64,000 nt of DNA from Desulfobacterales bacterium (GCA_026984935.1 JALSRD010000006.1:9410-73409); one strand, 5' to 3'. Numbered from the stretch's first letter, positions 10,717 through 21,155 are shown. Notes: generated by a model not told the origin, from the letters alone. Numbers and translations: made by a program.

Positions 10717-12123
10717 TCAGGATGGCCGCAGAGGATAGCTGACGTCCCGGTGCCTGAGGATATCGTAGTAGATGCGGATTTTTTTGACGAAAGCGATGGG
10801 CTCGGATCCGCGGCAGTACCCGTAGATGGCATCCTGGAAGTATTTTTGGCGGCTCAGCAAAGGCAGTGTGCGCATCAGTGATTCCCAGCGGTTGGGGTCG
10901 AGGTTCTGTCTGCGGGCCAGGTTGCGGGCGTCCAAGATGTGGCCCTGGCCGATATTGTAGGCGGCCAAGGCAATGTAGAGCCGGGCCGGATAGGCGGCCT
11001 TGTCGTAGAAAGCATAGAAGTTCATCAGGTGCCGTACGCCGGCCCGGATGTTTTCAGCCGGGTTGAAGATATCGCTTACGCCGAATTTGGCGGCGGTTTC
11101 AGGCATCAGTTGCATGAGGCCCAAGGCGCCGGCTGTACTGACGGCGCGTGGATCGAAATGCGATTCCTGGTAGATCAGGGCGGTCAGCAGGCGCCAGTCG
11201 AGGTTGTAGCGCACGGCGGTTTCCTGGATGATGGCCCGGTAGCGCGGCAGCCGTTCCCGGATGAGGCGGTAAAAGGCGTCGATGTCGGTGGGATCGTAGA
11301 GGTCGACATTGGCATAGTAGCGGTTGTAGATTTTGTCGAAAGTGCCGTTGCCGCGGATGGTGTCGAAAAAGCGGTTGGCTTTTTCAATAAGCGCGTGTGC
11401 TCCCGGATGAAAAGCCCAGCCGAGCACCTGGCGGCCGGAAATGGCCCCGGCGATACGCACTGCGGGATAGTAGCGGCGGTTGAGTTTGGCGATGTTGCTG
11501 TCGGCAATGGTGGCCTCGATTTTGCCTTCGGCAACCTGCCGGATCAATTCTTCGGTGGGGGTGTCCACGTGCAGCCGTATGCCGACGGCAATGCCGTGCT
11601 GCCTGAGGATCTCCAGCTGACGCTGGTAGGATGTCCCCGTGCGCACGTCGACGATCCTGCCGGCGAGGTCCGCGGCGGTCTGGATACGGTGGTTTTTGCG
11701 CTGCACGATGATCTGCTGCTGAATCTGCATGTAGCCTTCTGAAAAGCGTATGCGACGTTCTCTATGGGGCGTGATCGTCATGCTGGCAGCGATGAAATCG
11801 CCCTTCCCACCGAGCAGATCCGGAATCATCTGGTCCCACCTGTGCGCTACGCGCACCTGCAGGGCAACTCCCAGAAAACGGGCAAAAGCCTTGGCCAGAT
11901 CGTATTCGAACCCCATCGGCCGGTCCCTGTAAAGGTAGTAGCAGTGTGCGTTGTTGCGTGTAATGACGGTGATTTTACCTGCGCGGTAGATGTCCTGCAG
12001 GGAGCGGTAAGGCGGTTTTTCGTGGCAGGCGCCGAGGATCAAGGCGGCGGCCAGCAGCAGGCCGCCGACAGCCCATAAAGCCCGGCGGGCATGAACGCTA
12101 TGCGCAGAAAGGGGCTTTTTCAT
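10717..12123 (-). CDS. mltF: Membrane-bound lytic murein transglycosylase F
   Basis: N-terminal SBP-like domain (GFEYDLA) plus SLT domain (YQESHFDP, GLMQL, AAYNIG, YGYCRGSEP); start uncertain. Confidence 0.9.
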   Translation of the reverse strand: MKKPLSAHSVHARRALWAVGGLLLAAALILGACHEKPPYRSLQDIYRAGKITVITRNNAHCYYLYRDRPMGFEYDLAKAFARFLGVALQVRVAHRWDQMIPDLLGGKGDFIAASMTITPHRERRIRFSEGYMQIQQQIIVQRKNHRIQTAADLAGRIVDVRTGTSYQRQLEILRQHGIAVGIRLHVDTPTEELIRQVAEGKIEATIADSNIAKLNRRYYPAVRIAGAISGRQVLGWAFHPGAHALIEKANRFFDTIRGNGTFDKIYNRYYANVDLYDPTDIDAFYRLIRERLPRYRAIIQETAVRYNLDWRLLTALIYQESHFDPRAVSTAGALGLMQLMPETAAKFGVSDIFNPAENIRAGVRHLMNFYAFYDKAAYPARLYIALAAYNIGQGHILDARNLARRQNLDPNRWESLMRTLPLLSRQKYFQDAIYGYCRGSEPIAFVKKIRIYYDILRHRDVSYPLRPS

Positions 12124-12220
12124 GGGTGCACAGGTACACACCGGGCGCCCGCACCGCCGGCGATCCGGCGCAGCAGGCATCCCGACGGCGGTTTGCGGGA
12201 GTAAACATGCAGTTTTATAT

Positions 12221-12249
12221 TTGAATTTGGTTTCACTTTGCCCTATACT
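12221..12249 (+). promoter_or_regulatory. Sigma70-type promoter for ispG-proS-rel
   Basis: TTGAAT-N17-TATACT about 40 bp upstream of the ispG start. Confidence 0.6.
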
Positions 12250-12288
12250 AGTAATTTTGGGGAAATGCTAAATCTCTAAAGGCCTCTA

Positions 12289-13404
12289 ATGCAAAACAAC
12301 ATCATACGCAAAGCCACGCGCCAGATCAAGGTCGGAAAGGTGAAGGTCGGTGGGCAGGCGCCCATCGTCGTTCAGTCGATGACCAATACGCCGACCCAGG
12401 ATGTGGCTGCAACGGTCCGCCAGATTAAAGATCTGGAGGCCGCCGGCTGCGAAATCGTCCGCGTTGCCGTACCGGACAGCCAGGCGGCGGCCGCCCTAGC
12501 GGCCATCAGGGCGCAAATCACGATTCCGTTGATTGCCGATATCCACTTCGACCATCGCTTGGCCATAGCGGCGGCCGAGGCCGGCGCCGACGGCCTGCGC
12601 ATCAACCCCGGCAACATCGGCAGCCACCGCCGTGTGCAGGCGGTGGTCGACTGTGCCGGCGCACACCGGATTCCCATTCGCATCGGAGTGAATTCCGGAT
12701 CACTGGAAAAGGACATTCTGGCAAAACACGGCGGCGTTACGGCCCAGGCCATGGTGGAAAGCACCCTGCGCAACATCGATCTGGTAAAGTCCATGGGGTT
12801 TGAGGCCATCAAGGTCTCCCTGAAGGCCTCGGACGTGCAGCGTACATTGGCGGCCTACCGGCTGCTGGCTGCAAAAACCGACGTGCCCCTGCATGTCGGG
12901 GTGACCGAGGCCGGCGGGCTTTACGCCGGCATCGTCAAGTCTTCGCTGGGTATCGGGATGCTGCTGGCCGACGGCATCGGCGATACGCTGCGGGTCTCCC
13001 TGACCCGGGACCCGGTCGAGGAAGTGCGTGTGGCCTATGAAATTCTGCGAGCGCTGGATATCCGACACCGTGGGCCGGAGATTATTTCCTGCCCCACCTG
13101 CGGGCGCACGCGCATCGACTTGTTCGATATTGTGGCACGGATCGAACAGGCGCTTTTAAAAAAGACGGTGCCGGTTAAAATCGCCGTTATGGGTTGTGTG
13201 GTCAACGGTCCCGGCGAGGCCCGCGAAGCGGATATCGGCATTGCGGGCGGCGACGGCAAGGGGGTTTTGTTCAAACGCGGCAGAATCGTCAAATCGTTTC
13301 CCCAGAAACAGCTGGTGCGTGTCCTGCTCGAGGCGGTGGAAGATTTTGAACGCGAGGGGGCGGACAGCGCCCAAAAGCATTCCGAAGGCAATAAAAATAA
13401 ATGA
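12289..13404 (+). CDS. ispG: 4-hydroxy-3-methylbut-2-en-1-yl diphosphate synthase
   Basis: VQSMTNT, ADIHFD, RINPGNIG, GIGDTLRVSL, SCPTCGR, MGCVVNGPGEA. Confidence 0.97.
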   Translation: MQNNIIRKATRQIKVGKVKVGGQAPIVVQSMTNTPTQDVAATVRQIKDLEAAGCEIVRVAVPDSQAAAALAAIRAQITIPLIADIHFDHRLAIAAAEAGADGLRINPGNIGSHRRVQAVVDCAGAHRIPIRIGVNSGSLEKDILAKHGGVTAQAMVESTLRNIDLVKSMGFEAIKVSLKASDVQRTLAAYRLLAAKTDVPLHVGVTEAGGLYAGIVKSSLGIGMLLADGIGDTLRVSLTRDPVEEVRVAYEILRALDIRHRGPEIISCPTCGRTRIDLFDIVARIEQALLKKTVPVKIAVMGCVVNGPGEAREADIGIAGGDGKGVLFKRGRIVKSFPQKQLVRVLLEAVEDFEREGADSAQKHSEGNKNK

Positions 13405-13449
13405 GAAGCGCGCCGGGTGCAAGGCGCTGCAACAGGAAGGAATTGAAAG

Positions 13450-14967
13450 ATGGCAAAACAATCAAAGTCAGCCATTGAACCCACCCGCGAACAGGATTAC
13501 CCGGAGTGGTATCAACAGGTGGTCAGGGCTTCGGACCTGGCTGAAAAATCACCGGTGCGCGGTTGCATGGTGATCAAACCCTGGGGGTATGCCCTGTGGG
13601 AGAACATGGTCCGCATCCTGGACCGCATGTTCAAGGCCACGGGGGTCAAAAACGCCTATTTCCCGCTCTTTATCCCCTTGAGTTTCCTTGAGAAAGAGGC
13701 CCAGCACGTCGAAGGTTTCGCCACCGAGTGCGCGGTGGTTACACATCACCGGCTGGAAAAAAGCCCCGACGGACTGGTTCCGGCCGGAAAACTGCAGGAA
13801 CCGCTGATCGTGCGGCCCACGTCTGAGACCATCATCGGAGATGCCTTTTCAAAGTGGGTCAGCAGCTACCGGGACCTGCCGCTTCTGATCAATCAATGGG
13901 CCAACGTGGTGCGCTGGGAGATGCGTACGCGCATGTTTCTAAGGACCAGTGAGTTCCTCTGGCAGGAGGGGCACACCGCCCACGCCAGCGAGGCCGAGGC
14001 CGTTGAACGGACACGCCAGATGCTGGATGTATATACCGATTTTGTGGAAAACGAACTGGCCATCCCGGTGATCAAGGGCCGCAAAACGGCGGCGGAAACC
14101 TTTCCGGGGGCTGTGGATACCTTCTGCATCGAGGCCATGATGCAGGACCGCAAGGCCCTGCAGAGCGGGACTTCTCATTTCCTGGGGCAGAATTTTGCGC
14201 GTGCCTCGGGCATCAAATTTCAATCCCGGGATGAAAAAGAGGCCTATGCCTGGACGACCTCCTGGGGCGTGTCCACGCGCCTGGTGGGCGGCATCATTAT
14301 GAGCCACGGTGACGATGACGGCATTATCCTGCCGCCGCGGGTGGCTTCCGCGCATGTCGTACTGCTGCCCATTTTGCGCAAAAATGCGGATGCGGCGGCG
14401 GTGATGGAGTATACCGGCAAGCTGGCGGATGCCTTGCGCCGGGTGCGCTACCATGGCCGCTTTTTGACGGTTGAAATCGACGACCGGCCTGTGGGCGGCA
14501 GCCGCGGCTGGGACTGGATCAAAAAGGGGATTCCGCTGCGGGTGGAAATCGGGCCGCGCGACATTGCCCAAAATGCCGTTTTCGTCGGCCGCCGGGACCG
14601 CGCCGTAAATGCAAAAACATCGCTGAGCAGGCGGCAGTTCCTGGATACGGTTTGCGAAATTTTGGATGACATTCAGCACAACCTGTTCGAGCGAGCGCGC
14701 GCTTTCAGAAAAAGGCACACACTGCCCGTTGACGACCGGCGCGAGTTTTATGATTTTTTTACGCCCGCCAACCCCGCGCGGCCTGAAATCCACGGCGGTT
14801 TCGCCCTGTCGCACTGGTGTGGTGCGGCCGACTGCGAAGCCAGGATCAAAGAAGACCTGCGCGTGACGATTCGCTGTATCCCCCTTGAAAACCAGGACGC
14901 CGCCGGGAACTGTATCTGCTGTGGCAAGCCCTCGCCGCAGCGGGTGGTTTTTGCCAAAGCCTATTAG
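13450..14967 (+). CDS. proS: Proline-tRNA ligase, archaeal/eukaryote-type (no INS editing domain)
   Basis: HVEGF, RPTSETII, QWANVVRWE, FLWQEGHT, TSHFLGQNF, SWGVSTR, C-terminal Zn Cys and terminal AKAY. Confidence 0.96.
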   Translation: MAKQSKSAIEPTREQDYPEWYQQVVRASDLAEKSPVRGCMVIKPWGYALWENMVRILDRMFKATGVKNAYFPLFIPLSFLEKEAQHVEGFATECAVVTHHRLEKSPDGLVPAGKLQEPLIVRPTSETIIGDAFSKWVSSYRDLPLLINQWANVVRWEMRTRMFLRTSEFLWQEGHTAHASEAEAVERTRQMLDVYTDFVENELAIPVIKGRKTAAETFPGAVDTFCIEAMMQDRKALQSGTSHFLGQNFARASGIKFQSRDEKEAYAWTTSWGVSTRLVGGIIMSHGDDDGIILPPRVASAHVVLLPILRKNADAAAVMEYTGKLADALRRVRYHGRFLTVEIDDRPVGGSRGWDWIKKGIPLRVEIGPRDIAQNAVFVGRRDRAVNAKTSLSRRQFLDTVCEILDDIQHNLFERARAFRKRHTLPVDDRREFYDFFTPANPARPEIHGGFALSHWCGAADCEARIKEDLRVTIRCIPLENQDAAGNCICCGKPSPQRVVFAKAY

Positions 14968-15054
14968 ATGATATCCGGGGCGGCGCACGGCAGCTTTTCG
15001 AAGACATACGCTGCAGGCAAACGGCAGGGCGCAGAGGCCGGTTGAAGATATCTG

Positions 15055-17202
15055 ATGATCCGCATCAACGACATCATTGAAAAGGTAGTGGCACACAACC
15101 CGAAGGCCGATGTCGACCTGATCAACCAGGCCTATGTATATTCGGCCCGGGTGCATGCCGGTCAGGTGCGTCTCAGCGGCGAGCCTTACCTTTCGCATCC
15201 GCTGGAGGTTGCCCATATCCTGGCTCAGATGAAGCTCGATACCGTGAGTATCGCCGCCGGACTGCTGCATGACGTGGTTGAGGATACGCACGCCACGGAG
15301 GTGGAAATCGGCGAGATCTTCGGCTCTGAAGTGCAGCATATCGTTGCCGGTGTCACCAAACTGAGCACATTGACATTCGCCAGTTCGCGTCAGCGCCAGG
15401 CCGAGAGTATCCGCAAGATGCTGTTGGCCATGGCCGACGATATCCGGGTCATTTTGATCAAGCTGGCCGATCGGCTGCACAACATGCGTACGCTGCGTTT
15501 CCACAGCCAGGAGGGCAAACGCCGGAAAATCGCCCAGGAAACCCTCGACATTTACGCCCCCATCGCTTCGCGGCTCGGTATCTACTGGATCAAGAGCGAG
15601 CTTGAAGACATCTCCTTCATGTACCTGCAGCCGGAAGCCTATGAACGCATCAAAGGACTGGTGGCCAAGGACCGTGAGCAGCGGGAGGCCTACATCCAGG
15701 AGGTCAAGCAGCTGATCAAGGGAAAGATGGCGGAAAACCATCTGGAATGCAGCGTGACCGGGCGTTACAAGCGTTTTTACAGCATTTACCACAAGATGCT
15801 CAGCCAGAACCTGGATTTCGAAGAAGTCTATGACATCATTGCCTTTCGGATCATTCTCGACACCATTCCGCAGTGCTACGAGGCCTTGGGTCACGTGCAC
15901 GCCATGTGGAAGCCCATCGATTACAAATTTAAAGATTACATCGGGCGGCCCAAGCCCAACATGTACCAGTCCCTGCATACTACGGTGATCGGTCCCCGGG
16001 GTGAACGTGTGGAAATCCAGATCCGCACACACGAAATGGACCGGGTCGCCGAATCCGGAATCGCCGCCCATTGGAGTTACAAAGAGGGCCGAAGCATCGA
16101 TGAAACGGCCAGCCAGCGTTTCGCCTGGATTCAGAGCATCGTCGAAAACCAGGAGAACATCCGCGATCCCAATGAATTTCTGGAAAATGTGCGCATCGAC
16201 CTCTTCCCGGACGAGGTCTACGTCTTCACGCCCCAGGGCGACATCAAATCCCTGCCCAGGGGGGCCACACCGGTGGATTTTGCCTACCTGATCCACACCG
16301 AGGTCGGCCACCGGTGCACCGGGGCCAAGGTCAACGGCCGCATGGTGCCGCTGAAGTATGAACTCAAGACCGGTGATATCGTGGAGATTCTTACCGCCAA
16401 AAATCACCATCCCAGCAAAGACTGGATCAAATTCGTCAGGACCGTCAAGGCGCGTTCCAGGATCCGGCAGTGGATCAAAATCCAGGAGCGGCAGCGCAGC
16501 CTGACGCTGGGGCGCGAGATGTGCGAAAAGGCCTTTCAGAAAGAGGGTCTCAGCTTCAATGCCTTTCTGAAATCGGAAAAACTGCCGGAGATTGTTCAGA
16601 GCCTGGGTTTCAAGAGTGCCGACGACCTGATCGCCAGCGTGGGATACGGCAAGAACACGCCGCTTCAGATCATCCGCAAGTACATGCCCAAACCCGGCAG
16701 CGCGGATGACGGGAGTTCCATTTTTAACAAACTGATCGGAAAGGTCCGCCGGAAAAAGGCTAGAGACGGCATACTGGTCAAGGGCCTGGATGACATCCTG
16801 GTAAAGTTCGGAAAATGCTGTCGTCCGGTTCCCGGCGATCCGATTACCGGCTATATCACCCAGGGGTTCGGGGTGACGGTGCACCGCAGCAGTTGCAAAA
16901 ATGCGCTGAAGATGAATCCCGAGCGGCAGATCGAGGTGCAGTGGAGCGATGCGGTCACCGACACCTATCCCGTCAAGATCAGGGTCAGTTCTTACGACCG
17001 CATGGGCCTTTTGGCCGACGTCGCCGCCGCCATTGCCAAGCACAACGCCAATATCTTGAATGCCAACACCTCGGTACGCGACAACAAGGTGGTCGACAGC
17101 CAGTTCACCATTGCCGTCAAAGACACGGCGCATCTGAACCAGGTGCTGGCCGAAATCAGGAAGGTCAAGCGGATTCTGGATGTGAAGCGGCTGGATATCT
17201 GA
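15055..17202 (+). CDS. relA: Bifunctional (p)ppGpp synthetase/hydrolase (long RSH, Rel)
   Basis: HD hydrolase (HPLEVA, LLHDVVED, KLADRLHNMRT), synthetase (YQSLHT, EIQIRT), TGS, CC motif, ACT. Confidence 0.95.
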   Translation: MIRINDIIEKVVAHNPKADVDLINQAYVYSARVHAGQVRLSGEPYLSHPLEVAHILAQMKLDTVSIAAGLLHDVVEDTHATEVEIGEIFGSEVQHIVAGVTKLSTLTFASSRQRQAESIRKMLLAMADDIRVILIKLADRLHNMRTLRFHSQEGKRRKIAQETLDIYAPIASRLGIYWIKSELEDISFMYLQPEAYERIKGLVAKDREQREAYIQEVKQLIKGKMAENHLECSVTGRYKRFYSIYHKMLSQNLDFEEVYDIIAFRIILDTIPQCYEALGHVHAMWKPIDYKFKDYIGRPKPNMYQSLHTTVIGPRGERVEIQIRTHEMDRVAESGIAAHWSYKEGRSIDETASQRFAWIQSIVENQENIRDPNEFLENVRIDLFPDEVYVFTPQGDIKSLPRGATPVDFAYLIHTEVGHRCTGAKVNGRMVPLKYELKTGDIVEILTAKNHHPSKDWIKFVRTVKARSRIRQWIKIQERQRSLTLGREMCEKAFQKEGLSFNAFLKSEKLPEIVQSLGFKSADDLIASVGYGKNTPLQIIRKYMPKPGSADDGSSIFNKLIGKVRRKKARDGILVKGLDDILVKFGKCCRPVPGDPITGYITQGFGVTVHRSSCKNALKMNPERQIEVQWSDAVTDTYPVKIRVSSYDRMGLLADVAAAIAKHNANILNANTSVRDNKVVDSQFTIAVKDTAHLNQVLAEIRKVKRILDVKRLDI

Positions 17203-17387
17203 GGCGCCGGCGGGGGATGCGGACAGGATCAAAGCGCGCAGGCAAAAAAACTGCAAGTCGGGCTGCCGTAAATTGCGTCCGGCCGTATTGGGAATCCACA
17301 ACCGGGCGGCGTCTTGGTACGTGTGCACCTGCCGTGCGGGCGTGGCAACGGTAGCGAAAAGGGAGGATCTACGGCGGCGGGAGTCCC

Positions 17388-17579
17388 CTAGGGCGCTTTG
17401 ACCACACGGCCGGACTTGATGCAGCTGGTGCAGATCACGATTTTTTTGACCTGCCCGTCGCGCAGCGTCCGAACGCGCTGCAGGTTGGGTTTAAAGCGGC
17501 GTTTGTTTACATTGTGAGCATGACTGACGTTGTTCCCGGTAAGCGGCTTTTTGCCGCAGATTTCACATATTCTGGACAT
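17388..17579 (-). CDS. rpmB: 50S ribosomal protein L28 (Zn-ribbon form)
   Basis: [30 protein letters not shown]. Confidence 0.97.
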   Translation of the reverse strand: MSRICEICGKKPLTGNNVSHAHNVNKRRFKPNLQRVRTLRDGQVKKIVICTSCIKSGRVVKAP

Positions 17580-17715
17580 GTTGGCGACTCCTCATCCGAA
17601 ACACGGAATTTCCCGTATTTTCCGCATATATTCAAAAGGTGGCCTTTTACCGCAATTTTGCGTGTGTGTAAAGCTTTTTCCCCGGGCGGCAGAGATTTTG
17701 TTTTTTTCATGACCC

Positions 17716-18429
17716 CTAGCTCTGGTCGTCCGCCAGCACAGCCTGGCACAGACGGATATACCGCAGGGCTTCATTGTGATAGCCCACATCCGGGAACTTC
17801 GTCAGCACGGTTTTGAAGCGGTGCAACGCGGCGCGGTAATGTTTGGCTTTATAATAGAACTTGCCCACATATACCTCATGTCCGGCAATGCTTTTCAGGC
17901 ATTTGCTGATATGCGGTTGCGCCCGGATGGCGTAGACATTGCCCGGGAAACGGCTCGTCAGGCGTCTGAATATCTTTATCGCTTTGCGGGCAGGTGTCTG
18001 ATCGCGGTCCACGGTGTCGATTTGCTCGAAATAGCACATGCCCGCCTGATAAATGACATAGGGGATGGCTTCGTTGCGCGGGTGCAGGTTTTCAAAAGAC
18101 TGGTAGGCGTACACCGCTTCTTCGTAATTTCCCAGCTTGTAGTTGGCGTCGGCGATTTTCAGCTCGGCAAGCATGGCGTACTTGCTGAAAGGGTACCAGT
18201 CCTTCAAGTGTTCGAAGGCTTTGATGGCATCCTTATAGTTCTTGCTCTTGTAGGCATCCATCCCGTCGCTGGCAAGCTCGGGGGCAGACTTTTCGATGTC
18301 GGGCCGGAACCAGGAACAGCCCGCCAGTCCGAACAGGACTGCGATGACCAAACCGGCGGCGACAGTTGACGCGCATCGCCGTGCGGCTTTTGGCCGGTCG
18401 ATAGGGGCAGCTGGCGGTGCAATCGGCAT
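17716..18429 (-). CDS. bamD: Outer membrane protein assembly factor BamD
   Basis: Lipobox LAGC, YPFSKYA, HPRN, DRDQT, FPGNVY TPR pattern; ATG at 18429 after AAAGGA. Confidence 0.9.
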   Translation of the reverse strand: MPIAPPAAPIDRPKAARRCASTVAAGLVIAVLFGLAGCSWFRPDIEKSAPELASDGMDAYKSKNYKDAIKAFEHLKDWYPFSKYAMLAELKIADANYKLGNYEEAVYAYQSFENLHPRNEAIPYVIYQAGMCYFEQIDTVDRDQTPARKAIKIFRRLTSRFPGNVYAIRAQPHISKCLKSIAGHEVYVGKFYYKAKHYRAALHRFKTVLTKFPDVGYHNEALRYIRLCQAVLADDQS

Positions 18430-18592
18430 TTGAATTCGTCCTTTCGGTGGCAGGTACCGGAACGCCATCGGAGGGGGCAGCGGTTTTTGCGGCTCCGGGG
18501 AATCATTGCCGGATGTCCGCTTCCCGGGCGGACCGTGTGTCACGGGCGTGCAGTGCGCGCAACCGGTCCCGGATGGTTGCAACCTGCCGAAA

Positions 18593-18919
18593 TCATAGCA
18601 GGTTGTTCAATGTTTCCTCCAATTTTGATTTGGCCACGATTCCAACGATCTGGTCCTGGAGTTTGCCGTCCTTGAATACAATCAGCGTCGGGATGGCCTT
18701 AATGCCGTATTTGCTCGGTGTGACCGGGTTGTCGTCCACATTGCATTTCACGAATTTAACTTTGTCACCAAAGCTGCCGGCCAGATCTTCTACCACCGGT
18801 CCGATGGCCTTGCAGGGGCCGCACCAGGGCGCCCAGAAATCGACCAGCACCGGCTTGTCGTGCTGCAGAACCTCGGATTCAAAACTGCTGTCATCAATTT
18901 CGACTACATTCTTTGCCAT
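18593..18919 (-). CDS. trxA: Thioredoxin
   Basis: DFWAPWCGPCK, IPTL; 108 aa from MAKNVV. Confidence 0.97.
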   Translation of the reverse strand: MAKNVVEIDDSSFESEVLQHDKPVLVDFWAPWCGPCKAIGPVVEDLAGSFGDKVKFVKCNVDDNPVTPSKYGIKAIPTLIVFKDGKLQDQIVGIVAKSKLEETLNNLL

Positions 18920-18962
18920 GGCGGTGCCGTCCTTTCTATGGGAAGTGTAAACAGTAAGTCGG

Positions 18963-18991
18963 ATTATAGTTACCGTCAAAGGGATTGTCAA
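18963..18991 (-). promoter_or_regulatory. Perfect-consensus sigma70 promoter for trxA-bamD
   Basis: Minus strand TTGACA (18991-18986)-N17-TATAAT (18968-18963). Confidence 0.85.
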
Positions 18992-19027
18992 CCTTGCCGG
19001 CCGCCGCCGGCCGCATTGATTCGCGGT

Positions 19028-19056
19028 TTGACATCTCCAGGTGCTTCTGCTATTTA
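19028..19056 (+). promoter_or_regulatory. Possible sigma70 promoter for the purN-led operon
   Basis: TTGACA-N17-TATTTA preceded by extended -10 TGn. Confidence 0.45.
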
Positions 19057-19158
19057 ACACACTAAAGATGCTTGTTATTTTGACAGTGTCCGGACCCTCG
19101 CGCGCCTTGAAATGCACAGGGGAATAGTAGTTGCCGGGCGGGAAGGGGGATTCTTTAT

Positions 19159-19971
19159 TTGGCCGCTTCTTTACGTATCGGCGTGCTGCTGTCTGGCAGC
19201 GGGACAAATTTCAGGGCCATTGCCGAGGCCTGCCACAACGGCGCCATTGACGGGCAGGTGGTTTTCGTGGGCTCCGATAATCCGCGAGCGAAGGGACTGG
19301 ACTACGGGCGCCGGTGCGGCATTCCGGTGTTTACGGTGGACTACCGGTCTGTGATCCGCCGGGTGTGTGACGGTACGACCCCGACGGGGCCGTCTGATTT
19401 TGTGTTAGATGACGTGCAGGCTAAGCAGTCACTGATGCCTGCGCACAGCGATCCCGGCAAACTGAAAAGCTTTTTGATCTCGCGGGCCGCAGCCGAGGCG
19501 CAGCTGCTGGAAAAGATGGCGGCCTACCCCTTTGACCTGCTGGTATTGGCGGGTTTCATGCGCACCCTGACGCCCTATTTTCTCGACCGGGTGAATGTCG
19601 CGCCCCGACAGCTGCGCGTCATGAACATCCATCCGGCCCTGTTGCCGGCTTTTCCGGGGATCGACGGCTATGGCGACACCTTTCGCTACGGCTGCAAGGT
19701 GGCCGGGTGTACGGTGCATTTCGTGGACTACGGGGAAGATACGGGCCCCATTATCGCCCAGCGCGCCTTTCCAATCCGGGAAACAGACACCCTGGAATCG
19801 ATCCGCAAAAGAGGTCTGCAGCTTGAATGGCAGCTGTATCCGGCATGCATCCAGCTGTTTGCCGAGGGCCGGCTGCGTCTTGTAAAGACCCGTTTGCAAC
19901 CGCCGGTTGGGCAGCAGACCAGCCGGACGGTTGTCAGAATTGCACCTGACGGACAGACCCAGGCACCGTGA
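19159..19971 (+). CDS. purN: Phosphoribosylglycinamide formyltransferase with internal insertion
   Basis: LSGSGTNF, LAGFMR, NIHPALLPAFPG, GCTVHFV, DTGPII. Confidence 0.92.
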   Translation: MAASLRIGVLLSGSGTNFRAIAEACHNGAIDGQVVFVGSDNPRAKGLDYGRRCGIPVFTVDYRSVIRRVCDGTTPTGPSDFVLDDVQAKQSLMPAHSDPGKLKSFLISRAAAEAQLLEKMAAYPFDLLVLAGFMRTLTPYFLDRVNVAPRQLRVMNIHPALLPAFPGIDGYGDTFRYGCKVAGCTVHFVDYGEDTGPIIAQRAFPIRETDTLESIRKRGLQLEWQLYPACIQLFAEGRLRLVKTRLQPPVGQQTSRTVVRIAPDGQTQAP

Positions 19972-21155
19972 TGGACAAAATACTCATTGTTGACGACAGT
20001 GCCACCATCCGCAAGCTTCTCCTCTTCCATCTGAAAAACGAGCCCTATGTGCTGCTGGAATCCTGCGACGGTCTGCAGGCACTGGATGCCTGCCTGCGTG
20101 AACATCCCGACCTGGTGATCTCCGATATCCAGATGCCGCAACTGGACGGCTATGGTTTGTGCCGTCGGCTCCAGCAGGACCCCCGCACGCAGGATATCCC
20201 GATCATCTTTTTATCCGCCAGGGCCGAGGCGGCGGACAAGATCAAAGGCCTGGAGCTGGGGGCGGTGGACTATATCATCAAACCGTTCGACAGGGGCGAA
20301 ATCCTGGTGCGCATCCGCAACCAGTTGAAAATCCGGCACCTGACCCGCTCGTTGATGGACGCCAACCGTCAGCTCAGGGAGAAACAGCGGCGTATCGCCG
20401 CCGACCTCGAAGCCGCCGCCCAGATTCAAAAGAGCCTCCTGCCCGCAGCGGTGCCCAGATTCTCGCATGTGGGGGTGGCCTGGCGCTTTTTCCCCTGCGA
20501 GCAGGTGGGCGGCGATGTCATCAATATTTTCCAGTTGGATGAAGAGCACCTGTCGGCTTTCGTGCTGGACGTCAGCGGCCATGGGGTGCCGTCGGCCATG
20601 GTTACGGTTTCGGTCTGCCAGGCGCTTTTGTCAAAAAGCGATTCCATTCTGAAACGGCCGATATCTCACGCACCCTTTTACGAGCTGGCGGCGCCGGCCC
20701 AGGTGCTTACACGGCTGGATCAGGAATTTCCCTTTGAGCGTTTCGAGAAGTACTTCACCATGGTTTACCTGGTATTGAATATCCGCAGCGGGCGGGTGCG
20801 GTACTGCAATGCAGCACACCCCAGGCCGGTGCTGCTCCGGGAAGACGGCCGTCTCGAGATGCTGGAGTCCGGCGGAACGGTCATCGGCATGGGAACGGGT
20901 GTGCCCTTTGAAGACAGCGAAGTCTGCCTGCAGTCCGGCGACCGGATTTTTCTGTACACCGACGGGATTGTGGAGTACGCTGATCCGTCGGGTGAATTTT
21001 TCGGCGAAGAACGCTTCTGCCACAGGCTTCAGGAAACCCGTACGATATCGCTGGATGCCGTTTGCGAATCCGTCATCCAGTCCATGACAGCGCACAGCGG
21101 CGAATTTACTCCCCAGGACGACATCACCCTGCTGGCGCTCGAGTTTCAGGGGTGA
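19968..21155 (+). CDS. Response regulator receiver + PP2C/SpoIIE (RsbU/RsbP-like) Ser/Thr phosphatase
   Basis: REC (VDD, DIQMP, KPF) then coiled coil, then AAQIQ..LLP, VGGD, DVSGHG, LYTDG, DDITLL; overlaps purN stop. Confidence 0.92.
   Translation: MMDKILIVDDSATIRKLLLFHLKNEPYVLLESCDGLQALDACLREHPDLVISDIQMPQLDGYGLCRRLQQDPRTQDIPIIFLSARAEAADKIKGLELGAVDYIIKPFDRGEILVRIRNQLKIRHLTRSLMDANRQLREKQRRIAADLEAAAQIQKSLLPAAVPRFSHVGVAWRFFPCEQVGGDVINIFQLDEEHLSAFVLDVSGHGVPSAMVTVSVCQALLSKSDSILKRPISHAPFYELAAPAQVLTRLDQEFPFERFEKYFTMVYLVLNIRSGRVRYCNAAHPRPVLLREDGRLEMLESGGTVIGMGTGVPFEDSEVCLQSGDRIFLYTDGIVEYADPSGEFFGEERFCHRLQETRTISLDAVCESVIQSMTAHSGEFTPQDDITLLALEFQG

Noticed and set aside
10384-10881. 165-aa plus-strand ORF (and 10151-10474 minus)
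   Set aside because: No RBS or domain, overlaps mltF or the MBL gene, composition not protein-like.
13939-17328. 1129-aa minus-strand ORF
   Set aside because: Antisense shadow of proS and rel; no motifs; expected from GC-rich codon bias.
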